From IMG/VR virus record IMGVR_UViG_3300017589_000221, positions 1 through 37,839 of that record: DNA of 37,839 bases, one strand, 5' to 3'. This DNA comes from a virus. Taxonomy: Duplodnaviria > Caudoviricetes. Of this stretch, positions 6,825 to 14,836 are shown piece after piece. Within the stretch, counting starts at the first letter, position 1, and each line of letters starts with the position of its first letter. A program made the translations under genes and the position numbers. The notes under the pieces are model-generated. The model did not search any database, had not been told where the DNA came from, and worked only from the letters and a program-made list of their open reading frames with translations.

Positions 6825-9800
6825 ATGAACTACTTCACAAAGTCAGATACCGAAAAAATATTAGATAGATCAGAAGGAAAACTGGTTGAGATTATAAGTC
6901 AATTTGTATCACTCAGACAGGCAGGAGCCAGCTATGTTGGTAAATGTCCGAAGTGCGGTTCAGAGAGAGGGTTAATGATCACTCCGGCAAAAAATGTATT
7001 TACTTGTTTTAAGTGTAAAGAAGTAAAGGGCAAACGGCCGGTAGACTATCTCCTGACCGGCGAAGACAAAACGTTCCCGGAAGCTCTTCAATATTTAGCG
7101 GATCATTACTCTATTATTCCAGAAGCAGATCTTAAACCTGCACCTAAAAGCAAGGTTGTAAAAAGTATTTCTCAAAAGAAAAAGGGTAAAGACTCCGATT
7201 CGTTTTGTGCTAAAATGCTATCGGAATCCGGGCTTACATTTGAGGATGTGACGGCTACAGTGTATAAGTCGAACGATGAGAGAACTATTTTTCAGGAAAA
7301 AACCTTTTCAAAAGGGACCTTGTCAGAAACTGGTGAGATTGATTCCTCCGGGAATGATGTAATTATCAAATATTTCGATTTAGACGGATTTCCCATCACC
7401 TATACTCAAAAAGACTCAAAAAAGCGTGATGCTGCAAAGGTTAAAGAATACTTCCGTGTTAGATGGCAGTATCCGGAAGAACATAAAGATAAGTCTGGAA
7501 AGCCGTCTAAGTACAGATCTCCGTTTGGTGCCGGTTCATTTGTCTATATCCCGGAGAAGATAAGAGCTGCCTTTAAAAACAAACAAATCATTGAGCGGCT
7601 GTTTATCCAGGAAGGGGAGAAAAAAGCAGAGAAGGCAAGCAAGCACGGGTTATTATCTCTAGGGATAGCCGGTATTCAGAATCTTGGCCATGAAGGAAAG
7701 CTCCCTGAAGAAGTTGCAAAAATCATTCAGGTATGTCAGGTTAAAGAGGTTATTTTTCTCCTGGATTCGGACTGTTTTGACCTTACTACTCACCTTAAAA
7801 TTAATGAACCGGTTGAGCGGCGGCCAAAAAACTTCTTTTATGCGGTTAAGAATTACAAAGAGTATTTTAATATTCTAAAAAACAGAGGGCTATATGTCGA
7901 GGTATATTTCGGATATGTTATAAAAAACGAAAACGGGGATAAGGGAGTTGATGACTTGCTTACCAATCAGCTATTAAAAAATGAGGCTGATCTCAACGAA
8001 GATATTGGGAAAGCAATCAATTTGAAGGATATGGGAGGTAAGTATATTCAACTGCACAAAATAACAACCATGACCGATTCACGAATCTTGGAGATATGGT
8101 CATTGCAATCACCAAAATCGTTTTGTGAAAAGTATTATGCTGAGTTGAAAAGCCTTCCTGAGTTCATGTTTGGCCAACATAAGTGGCGCTTTAATGACGA
8201 TGGAGAGCTAGAAACAGCCCAACCGCTCGAAGCGGATGAACAGTTTTGGCTTGAAAAAAAGAAAGAAGGGAAAGATGGAAATATATCTACAAATTATGAA
8301 TTTAAGTATGCTCGTTGTTTCCGCTTTTTGACAAACCGGGGATTTGGGAGATATCGGTGTAAGGATGGCTCTTTTGAATTCGTTTTACAGCAATACCCGT
8401 TTTTAAAAACTATAACACATATCGATGCGCGAGACTATTTAGTCGATTTTACAAAGACATATGCCAACGAAGAGGTTTTAGAGATGCTTTACCGAGGTGG
8501 TCCACAATATTTAGGCCCGGATAAACTGTCTCACTTGGATTATATCAATCCTGTCTTTGAAGTTCCTACAAGAGACCGGCAGTATTTATATTTTAATAGC
8601 TGTTTTTGGGACATAACTCCGGAGAATATAGAACAAAAACCGTACGAACAGATTCATCATCATATTTGGTCGGATTCTAAGAAGGAGTTTGATGCAACAA
8701 TTCTGCCGGATCTTATTAAAGTAACCAAGGACCAGGACGGAAAGTATTTTTATACGATTACTGATATCGGAAAGAAGTGTCAATTCCTTAGATTCATAGA
8801 AAACACATCAAATTTTACGTGGAGAAAGGAAAGAATGCTCCGTGAAGGCTCTGACGATGTCACAATCTCACCAGAGGAGCGTTATGAAAACATACAGCAC
8901 CTTGTAGCGAAGTTATGCAGCATCGGTTTTTTGATTACATCCGTAAAAGATAGGTCAATTGCGAAGGCTGTAGTGGCTGTCGATGGTAAACAATCCGAAG
9001 TAGGCATTTCTAACGGCCGCTCCGGGAAGTCTTTGATTGGCGAGCTGCTTAAACGATGCATTATTTCACAGTACATTAACGGAAAAACCATCGATTTACT
9101 AAGAGATACATTCATTTGGGATGAAATGTCGGAAAAAACAAAGCTTGTCTTTGTGGATGACGTTAAACGAGACTTCCCTTTTGAGCTCATGTTTGCCAAT
9201 ATCACCGGGGACTGGGCAGTCAATGTAAAAGGAGATCGCCGATTTACCTTAGAATTCCGGAACTCACCAAAAATATATATCACAACCAACCATATGTTAT
9301 CCGGAGAGGGTTCTAGTTTCCTTGACCGGCAGTGGAACATCGCCTTTTCGGATTTTTATAATGAAGACCATAAACCGGCAGATGATTTCGGATGTATGTT
9401 TTTCGATGAGTGGGACTTTGAACAATGGAATTTAACATGGAATCTCGTTGCTCAATGTGTTAAGCTGTATTTCCAATTTGGATGCGTGGAGAGCCCAGGA
9501 GAGAGAATTGAAATGAGAAAGCTCCGTCAGAATATGACTGAAGAATTTATTCTCTGGGCTGATGAGTATTTTTCAGATGATCTACATCGCAATATTCGAC
9601 TTGCCCGCCGTAATATTTATGAGAATCTTATCGAATCCGTTGGTGAGAAGAGACGACAATATTACACACCGCCCGGATTCAAAAAGAAAATCAAGGATTT
9701 TTGTAAGTGGAAGGGGTATCGGTTTAATCCGCATAAGTACGACCCTGTTACAGGAGAGCCAAAATATTTTGACAAAGACGGTAATCCGGTTGATGATGAT

Positions 9801-9917
9801 AAGGCCGGAGGAGTAGAATATTTTACTGTGTCGGACATTGATCATGCATATCAAAAAGAGACAGCTAAAGAGCCGGACTATGGCTCAGATATATTTAACA
9901 CACCAATGGAGGATTAA
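6825..9917 (+). CDS. DNA primase-helicase fusion (Zn finger, Toprim-like domain, P-loop helicase)
   Basis: CPKC...CFKC zinc finger; IQEGEKKA, LDSD and KGVDD Toprim-like motifs; Walker A GRSGKS, Walker B VFVDD and ITTN motif. Confidence 0.9.
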   Translation: MNYFTKSDTEKILDRSEGKLVEIISQFVSLRQAGASYVGKCPKCGSERGLMITPAKNVFTCFKCKEVKGKRPVDYLLTGEDKTFPEALQYLADHYSIIPEADLKPAPKSKVVKSISQKKKGKDSDSFCAKMLSESGLTFEDVTATVYKSNDERTIFQEKTFSKGTLSETGEIDSSGNDVIIKYFDLDGFPITYTQKDSKKRDAAKVKEYFRVRWQYPEEHKDKSGKPSKYRSPFGAGSFVYIPEKIRAAFKNKQIIERLFIQEGEKKAEKASKHGLLSLGIAGIQNLGHEGKLPEEVAKIIQVCQVKEVIFLLDSDCFDLTTHLKINEPVERRPKNFFYAVKNYKEYFNILKNRGLYVEVYFGYVIKNENGDKGVDDLLTNQLLKNEADLNEDIGKAINLKDMGGKYIQLHKITTMTDSRILEIWSLQSPKSFCEKYYAELKSLPEFMFGQHKWRFNDDGELETAQPLEADEQFWLEKKKEGKDGNISTNYEFKYARCFRFLTNRGFGRYRCKDGSFEFVLQQYPFLKTITHIDARDYLVDFTKTYANEEVLEMLYRGGPQYLGPDKLSHLDYINPVFEVPTRDRQYLYFNSCFWDITPENIEQKPYEQIHHHIWSDSKKEFDATILPDLIKVTKDQDGKYFYTITDIGKKCQFLRFIENTSNFTWRKERMLREGSDDVTISPEERYENIQHLVAKLCSIGFLITSVKDRSIAKAVVAVDGKQSEVGISNGRSGKSLIGELLKRCIISQYINGKTIDLLRDTFIWDEMSEKTKLVFVDDVKRDFPFELMFANITGDWAVNVKGDRRFTLEFRNSPKIYITTNHMLSGEGSSFLDRQWNIAFSDFYNEDHKPADDFGCMFFDEWDFEQWNLTWNLVAQCVKLYFQFGCVESPGERIEMRKLRQNMTEEFILWADEYFSDDLHRNIRLARRNIYENLIESVGEKRRQYYTPPGFKKKIKDFCKWKGYRFNPHKYDPVTGEPKYFDKDGNPVDDDKAGGVEYFTVSDIDHAYQKETAKEPDYGSDIFNTPMED

Positions 9918-9919
9918 AA

Positions 9920-10231
9920 ATGGATTATAGCGAATACAGACTAGCGAATAACGCTGAAATTGAAGCCCTGAAGTCAAAGTATGGTAACAAGTATATTCGC
10001 TTTCAGGAGGAAATATTCAAGTTTTTAGACAACATGCCGCTTGAGGATTGGATATCTTTTACAAAAAAGATGAGCCCGCAAAATATTCCAATTGCAGTAA
10101 AGGTAATCTGTCATTACATTGATATTAAAGCGACAGTTTACGACTATGTTGAATTTAATTCAACGTTTACACTTATCCGGAGAAAGAAAATGATTATAAA
10201 CAAAGCTTATGAGATTGCAACGCAAAAATAG
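9920..10231 (+). CDS. Hypothetical phage protein
   Basis: 103-aa ORF 2 bp after the primase stop. Confidence 0.7.
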   Translation: MDYSEYRLANNAEIEALKSKYGNKYIRFQEEIFKFLDNMPLEDWISFTKKMSPQNIPIAVKVICHYIDIKATVYDYVEFNSTFTLIRRKKMIINKAYEIATQK

Positions 10232-10532
10232 GGTCATGGTTGCCCTGGCCACAGAGAAGGATACAAGAAATAGATTACTTCAGGAGATGATGGTAAATGC
10301 CGGCTTTTGTAAGATTTCTTCAGATGCCAGGAAGATAATCGAAAAGGGCATTAATGATGTTGATCTTGATACGGCGTTCTTTATTGCTGCATACGACTTC
10401 CGATTCAATGAGAGCCATGTTATATCACAACGCCTGATCCGGATGGCCATGCAAGGGGTACCGGTATTTATTAGCACGAAACATGTACCGAATCAATATC
10501 TGCAGTTTTGTGAAATAATTTTTCCGCAGTAA
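10209..10532 (+). CDS. Hypothetical phage protein
   Basis: 107-aa ORF overlapping the previous one by 23 nt. Confidence 0.7.
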   Translation: MRLQRKNRVMVALATEKDTRNRLLQEMMVNAGFCKISSDARKIIEKGINDVDLDTAFFIAAYDFRFNESHVISQRLIRMAMQGVPVFISTKHVPNQYLQFCEIIFPQ

Positions 10533-10585
10533 TGTTTTCTATATTAAAAAAATAAATAAATTTACAGTAACAAATACTACAATAC

Positions 10586-11857
10586 ATGACAGTTGTTATT
10601 GGTATCCTTAATAAAAGGGGAGTTGCGATTGCTGCAGATAGTGCTGTTACAATAGGAAACGGCAAACACCACAAAATTTTTAACGATGCCGAAAAGCTTT
10701 TTGAGCTGTCGAAATCTCATCCGGTTGGAATCCTATTCTACAACTCAGCGAATTTTATGATGACTCCATGGGAGCCAATTGTAAAATCTTACAGAAACCA
10801 ATTAGGTTCTAAAAATTTCAGTAAACTTGAAGAATACGTGAATGATTTCATAGATTATCTGAAAAAGAGCTATGATTCGTTAGCTGATGTTGATACTCAA
10901 AAAATAATAGCCCAGGATTTTATTAATTTTGTCATTAGTTCTATTATATCAGATGCTCGAAATGGATTTGGGGTACAATTGAGTATAGATAAACCCGATG
11001 AATTCAATGTTTATTTAGATTCTTTTATAACAAATCAAATTAGTGATTTTTTTGACCCTGATTCAATAGCGACTGGATTTAATGGATATGAAATCACTAA
11101 TTTTAAAACGGATTATTCTGAATTAGTTAAATCAATCTATATAGCACATTGTAATGAAACTAAACTAAAATCAACCCCTGAAATTCTAAATAATTTTATT
11201 CAATTAATTTATAATTGTTTAATTTCAGAGAACTTCATGGAGTCTTATACTGGTCTTGTTTTTGCAGGATATGGCACGTCTGAAATTTACCCTAGTTTAC
11301 ATGCTATCGAAATTAGTGGAGTTTTTTCTAATCGGTTAAAATATAGAATAAAAGACGTTACAAAAATTTCTAATAGTAATTGTACTGCTGCGATAAGACC
11401 TTTTGGTCAAACAGATGTAATTGATACAATTCTTCATGGTGTGCACCCCTTATTAGAAAATGTCTTTATTGACACAACTGATATATACCTATCGATTTAT
11501 CGAAGAAAAATTGAAGAGATATTAAAAAAAGAAAAAATCGAAATACCAGAGGAAATTTTGAACTTTGAGACAGAGCCATTTGTTGAAAGGTATAAAGAAC
11601 TCACGAGTAGAACTAAACGAGAAAAGTTTATTGTTCCCCTAATGAACACAATAGACTATTTGTCAAAACAAGATCTTGCAGAAATGGCAGAAAGTTTAAT
11701 ATATTTGACCTATCTCAAGAGAAGAATAACAAATGACGAAGAATCTGTGGGCGGCCCAGTAGATGTAGCTGTACTCTCTAAAGGTGATGGATTCATCTGG
11801 ATGAAGAAAAAAAATTATTTTAAACCAGAATTAAATCAACATAACAATAATATTTAA
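10586..11857 (+). CDS. Ntn-hydrolase / proteasome-beta-like protein with large helical insertions
   Basis: After Met removal: Thr1, AAD17S18, Lys36 in EKLF, and C-terminal DEESVGGPVDVAVL, matching the proteasome beta/HslV catalytic layout. Confidence 0.75.
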   Translation: MTVVIGILNKRGVAIAADSAVTIGNGKHHKIFNDAEKLFELSKSHPVGILFYNSANFMMTPWEPIVKSYRNQLGSKNFSKLEEYVNDFIDYLKKSYDSLADVDTQKIIAQDFINFVISSIISDARNGFGVQLSIDKPDEFNVYLDSFITNQISDFFDPDSIATGFNGYEITNFKTDYSELVKSIYIAHCNETKLKSTPEILNNFIQLIYNCLISENFMESYTGLVFAGYGTSEIYPSLHAIEISGVFSNRLKYRIKDVTKISNSNCTAAIRPFGQTDVIDTILHGVHPLLENVFIDTTDIYLSIYRRKIEEILKKEKIEIPEEILNFETEPFVERYKELTSRTKREKFIVPLMNTIDYLSKQDLAEMAESLIYLTYLKRRITNDEESVGGPVDVAVLSKGDGFIWMKKKNYFKPELNQHNNNI

Positions 11858-11862
11858 TCATT

Positions 11863-12075
11863 ATGAACTCACTTGCAATTAAACTAAACCGCACTAACTC
11901 ATCTTTCCAAAGAAATGTATTAGGCAAAAAAGATAGTGAGTTAAAGAAGCTCTCTCGCGAGATTGCCCAATCTATTTCCGAGGAACTTATTAAGACCGTA
12001 TTCCCGGAGAAATCATCTAAAAAACTAAATTCAGTTTCGGATAAATCTACCAGGGCAAAGAACGCGAAAAAGTAA
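11863..12075 (+). CDS. Small basic protein, candidate partner of the Ntn hydrolase
   Basis: 70-aa Lys/Ser-rich ORF 5 bp after the Ntn gene. Confidence 0.55.
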   Translation: MNSLAIKLNRTNSSFQRNVLGKKDSELKKLSREIAQSISEELIKTVFPEKSSKKLNSVSDKSTRAKNAKK

Positions 12076-12209
12076 CTCATTTTCCCCCGTCCCCCCAAAT
12101 CCCATTCATGAAAGATATTGGACAATTGTACTAGTAAGCAAATCCAAAATTAAGAAGAGGTGTATATCTATATATATATACTTCTTTTTTTTTATTTCTT
12201 TTACTTCTA

Positions 12210-12496
12210 AAAATACCCCTATTAAAAAATAGTAAAAAAAGTGTGCAATCGTGCAAAATGAAAAATATTTGATTTAATTAATTGATTGATAAATTTATAT
12301 AGCTGCACACTTTTTGCACGAAATGCGTACACTTTGCACAAAGTAACTGTGCACACTTTTTTTTGAACAGAGTGCAATTTCGTACGGAAAAGTGTGCGGA
12401 CATACATAGCTGATTATCAGTGTTTAATTAATGTTAAATTTTAAGTGTGCACGGTAGCACACTTTTTTTATCCGATTTAGCCAAGGGGGGTATTTT
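12210..12496. repeat. Iteron-like repeat cluster, candidate phage replication origin
   Basis: AAGTGTGC at 12239, 12390 and 12443; its complement GCACACTT at 12305, 12351 and 12457; one 1-mismatch copy at 12327; flanking inverted repeat AAAATACCCC/GGGGTATTTT; AT-rich and non-coding. Confidence 0.65.
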
Positions 12497-12614
12497 AAAT
12501 AATTATTTTTTATTAAAAAGGCTAAAATAAATACTTAAAAATTTGCTTAAGTACTTAATATTTAGTATTTTTAGTACTAATTTGTGGTGTCATTTATTAT
12601 TGATTTACTTAAAA

Positions 12615-12622
12615 TACCTTTG
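12615..12622 (+). promoter_or_regulatory. Sigma-A -7 element
   Basis: Perfect TAccTTTG 4 nt before ATG 12627, implying a nearly leaderless mRNA. Confidence 0.55.
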
Positions 12623-12626
12623 CATT

Positions 12627-13148
12627 ATGGACCTTCAAACAGTAGATATTAGAGTTGGAAGAACCTTAAGGGAGTATATTATTGCCACAAATGGCAACGA
12701 TATTTTAATTCCGCAAAAAGATACTGTTCTATGGTGCCTGGTAAAACAACATTTGATTACATCTGCAACCGGTTACCGGGCGATTCCGGATGACCTTAAA
12801 TGTGAATATATTAAGATTGCTCTTAGAAATGTGGCAAATGCAAAAACCTATAATCTTCATAAAGAAGGTATTGTTGGCATAAATACATTATTCCGTTGTT
12901 TCTTAAGTCCGGAGGGAGAGAACTCAATAAAAAATCATTTGGATAAAGAGTTTAAGAAGACATTCCGGGACTATATGAAGGGGGCGCTTAATAACAATAT
13001 GGATATGCAAATCAAAGATGCGATTGAAGAGTTTTGTTCCGATCACAACTTAGTAATGAATAACATTACTTTTGACATGTTGAAACAGGATTGGTACCGT
13101 TTCCGGCAAAAAGCTAAGAAAATAAACATTTGTTCACTAGTTTTTTAG
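12627..13148 (+). CDS. Hypothetical protein, candidate late-gene transcriptional activator
   Basis: 173 aa from ATG 12627; basic helical C-terminus; sits directly before the virion genes; function inferred from position only. Confidence 0.55.
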   Translation: MDLQTVDIRVGRTLREYIIATNGNDILIPQKDTVLWCLVKQHLITSATGYRAIPDDLKCEYIKIALRNVANAKTYNLHKEGIVGINTLFRCFLSPEGENSIKNHLDKEFKKTFRDYMKGALNNNMDMQIKDAIEEFCSDHNLVMNNITFDMLKQDWYRFRQKAKKINICSLVF

Positions 13149-13217
13149 CACTGTTATTGTCCTGTATTTTTAAGCGTTTTAGAACTTTATTTAGCACTGT
13201 TATTGTCCTCTATTTTT
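13144..13217. repeat. 28-bp direct repeat x2 with 1 mismatch
   Basis: TTTAGCACTGTTATTGTCCT(G/C)TATTTTT at 13144-13171 and 13190-13217. Confidence 0.9.
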
Positions 13218-13238
13218 TGAATTAATTAAGTAAAAATT

Positions 13239-13613
13239 ATGATACAGCTAGGTGATAAAATTTCTGTAATACTAATCTCAAAAGTTAAACATATTTATAA
13301 GTCTACTTATGAGTTGGTAAATGGAGCCTCTTTTGATGATTATAAAGCTCTTGACACTATTCAGTTTTCCCAGGAGCCGGACAGATCTCCTTCTGGATTG
13401 AGATATTCACAAAATCTCAAGGCTGTTATGGATGAGAAAAACTCTCCACTAAAGTATAATAACCAGAAAGCTCTTGTAAAAATTCCGATGACAAATGGAA
13501 AAGAATTAGTGATCGGAGATATTGACACTCCGGTTCTAATTACAATTACTCCTAAGGAAAACTGTTTTGTAATGGAATTTAAGCGATTTTCTCTTATCCC
13601 GGCTGAATTCTAA
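13239..13613 (+). CDS. Hypothetical virion-associated protein
   Basis: 124-aa beta-rich ORF at the start of the structural block. Confidence 0.65.
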   Translation: MIQLGDKISVILISKVKHIYKSTYELVNGASFDDYKALDTIQFSQEPDRSPSGLRYSQNLKAVMDEKNSPLKYNNQKALVKIPMTNGKELVIGDIDTPVLITITPKENCFVMEFKRFSLIPAEF

Positions 13614-13648
13614 GTCCTTTATACGGGATATCTATTGAGGCATATTTG
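13614..13648 (+). promoter_or_regulatory. Candidate late promoter 1 (GTCCTTT-N24-TTTG)
   Basis: GTCCTTT 13614-13620 and TTTG 13645-13648, upstream of the protease gene. Confidence 0.65.
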
Positions 13649-13662
13649 TAAAAAATATAAGT

Positions 13663-14559
13663 ATGCCAACTTTTTTAAATGAGCATATAAAGCTACGCAG
13701 TAACTTAATGTGCATAACTCAGGAAGCTTTAAAAGATCTGATCGCATCTCACGAAAAGAAATCTTTGAATGCAAAGAGTTATAAAGAGAAGCTTCCTTCT
13801 CTGTTATCATTGTCCGATGAAAAATCTATATCAATAAAAAATCCCTGGGAAAAGAATGTTCCTGATGGCTCTGTAGCTATTCATTTCATCCAGGGAGAAA
13901 TATTGTATGGATCGTCATGGTGGTATTTTTCTACCAAAGAATTTTTAGAAGATATTGAAACTGCTGAGAATAATCCTTCGTTTATTTCTCATGTAATTAT
14001 TGTCGATTCGCCAGGCGGAGAGGCTTATTACTGTCATGAAGCACACGAAATAATTAAGTCGCTAAAAAAACCAAGTATCAGTGTCGTAAATGGGATGATG
14101 GCTTCCGGTGCTCTTTGGATAGCATCTCCGGCAAAAAAAGTATATGCTGCAAGTATGTTTGACAGAATTGGATCACTCGGCGTTATGAGCACAATTTACG
14201 ACGACAGCGAGTATCTTAAAAAGTTAGGGATAAGGATAATAGAGACATACGCAACAGAAAGCACCCTTAAAAATAAAATGGTAAATGATATTCTGGCTGG
14301 TAAGCCGGAAGATTATATTTCTCGTTTTTTAGATCCTCTTCAGGTACAATTTAAGGCAGATGTTTTAAGTGCTAGAAAAAAAACGGATGCTAATTCTGAT
14401 GTGTACAAAGGGGATACATTTTTTTCTGCTGCAGCAAAAGAGGTTGGCCTAATCGATGGAATAAAATCGATTAATGCCTGTATTCAGGAAGCCTATGATT
14501 TGGGAATTCAAAACAATTCGATACTTGAATCCACTATTTATACACTAATCAATAATTAA
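13663..14559 (+). CDS. S49 (SppA-like) prohead maturation protease
   Basis: VDSPGG, MASGALWIAS and IGSLGV motifs; precedes the capsid gene. Confidence 0.92.
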   Translation: MPTFLNEHIKLRSNLMCITQEALKDLIASHEKKSLNAKSYKEKLPSLLSLSDEKSISIKNPWEKNVPDGSVAIHFIQGEILYGSSWWYFSTKEFLEDIETAENNPSFISHVIIVDSPGGEAYYCHEAHEIIKSLKKPSISVVNGMMASGALWIASPAKKVYAASMFDRIGSLGVMSTIYDDSEYLKKLGIRIIETYATESTLKNKMVNDILAGKPEDYISRFLDPLQVQFKADVLSARKKTDANSDVYKGDTFFSAAAKEVGLIDGIKSINACIQEAYDLGIQNNSILESTIYTLINN

Positions 14560-14836
14560 CATGTTTAGAAAACAAATCATGAAGGTGCTTACTACTTTGA
14601 AATTAGTAGATAAAGCAAAAGCGAAAACATTGTCTGATGATGACATTGCAAACATCGCTACCGCCTACAAACAAGAGTACTTGAATCCACTATTTATACA
14701 CTAATCAATAATTAACATGTTTAAAAAACAACTCATGAAGGTGCTTACTACTTTGAAATTAGTAGATAAAGCAAAAGCTAAAACATTGTCTGCCGATGAC
14801 ATTGCAAACATCGCAACCGCGTACAAAGAGGAGTAC
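14522..14836 (+). repeat. Diverged 156-bp tandem duplication spanning the protease end and capsid start
   Basis: Copies start at 14522 and 14678; first 39 bp identical, 9 mismatches in the following 120 bp; TAC microhomology at the junction. Confidence 0.95.
14561..14704 (+). CDS. 47-aa paralog of the capsid protein N-terminus (not in the ORF track)
   Basis: MFRKQIMKVLTTLKLVDKAKAKTLSDDDIANIATAYKQEYLNPLFIH; same 39-nt upstream sequence as the capsid gene and in frame with it. Confidence 0.6.
   Translation: MFRKQIMKVLTTLKLVDKAKAKTLSDDDIANIATAYKQEYLNPLFIH

Noticed and set aside
12543-12626. TTG start giving a 201-aa protein with a hydrophobic N-terminus
   Set aside because: The segment is AT-rich promoter DNA containing a perfect -7 box just before ATG 12627
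12210-13217. CRISPR array
   Set aside because: Repeats are 8-bp mixed-orientation units or only two 28-bp copies with an 18-bp spacer; no cas genes
14522-14836. Diversity-generating retroelement TR/VR pair
   Set aside because: Mismatches include G/T, T/C and C/G, so they are not adenine-specific; no reverse transcriptase in the window; the repeat is at an N-terminus
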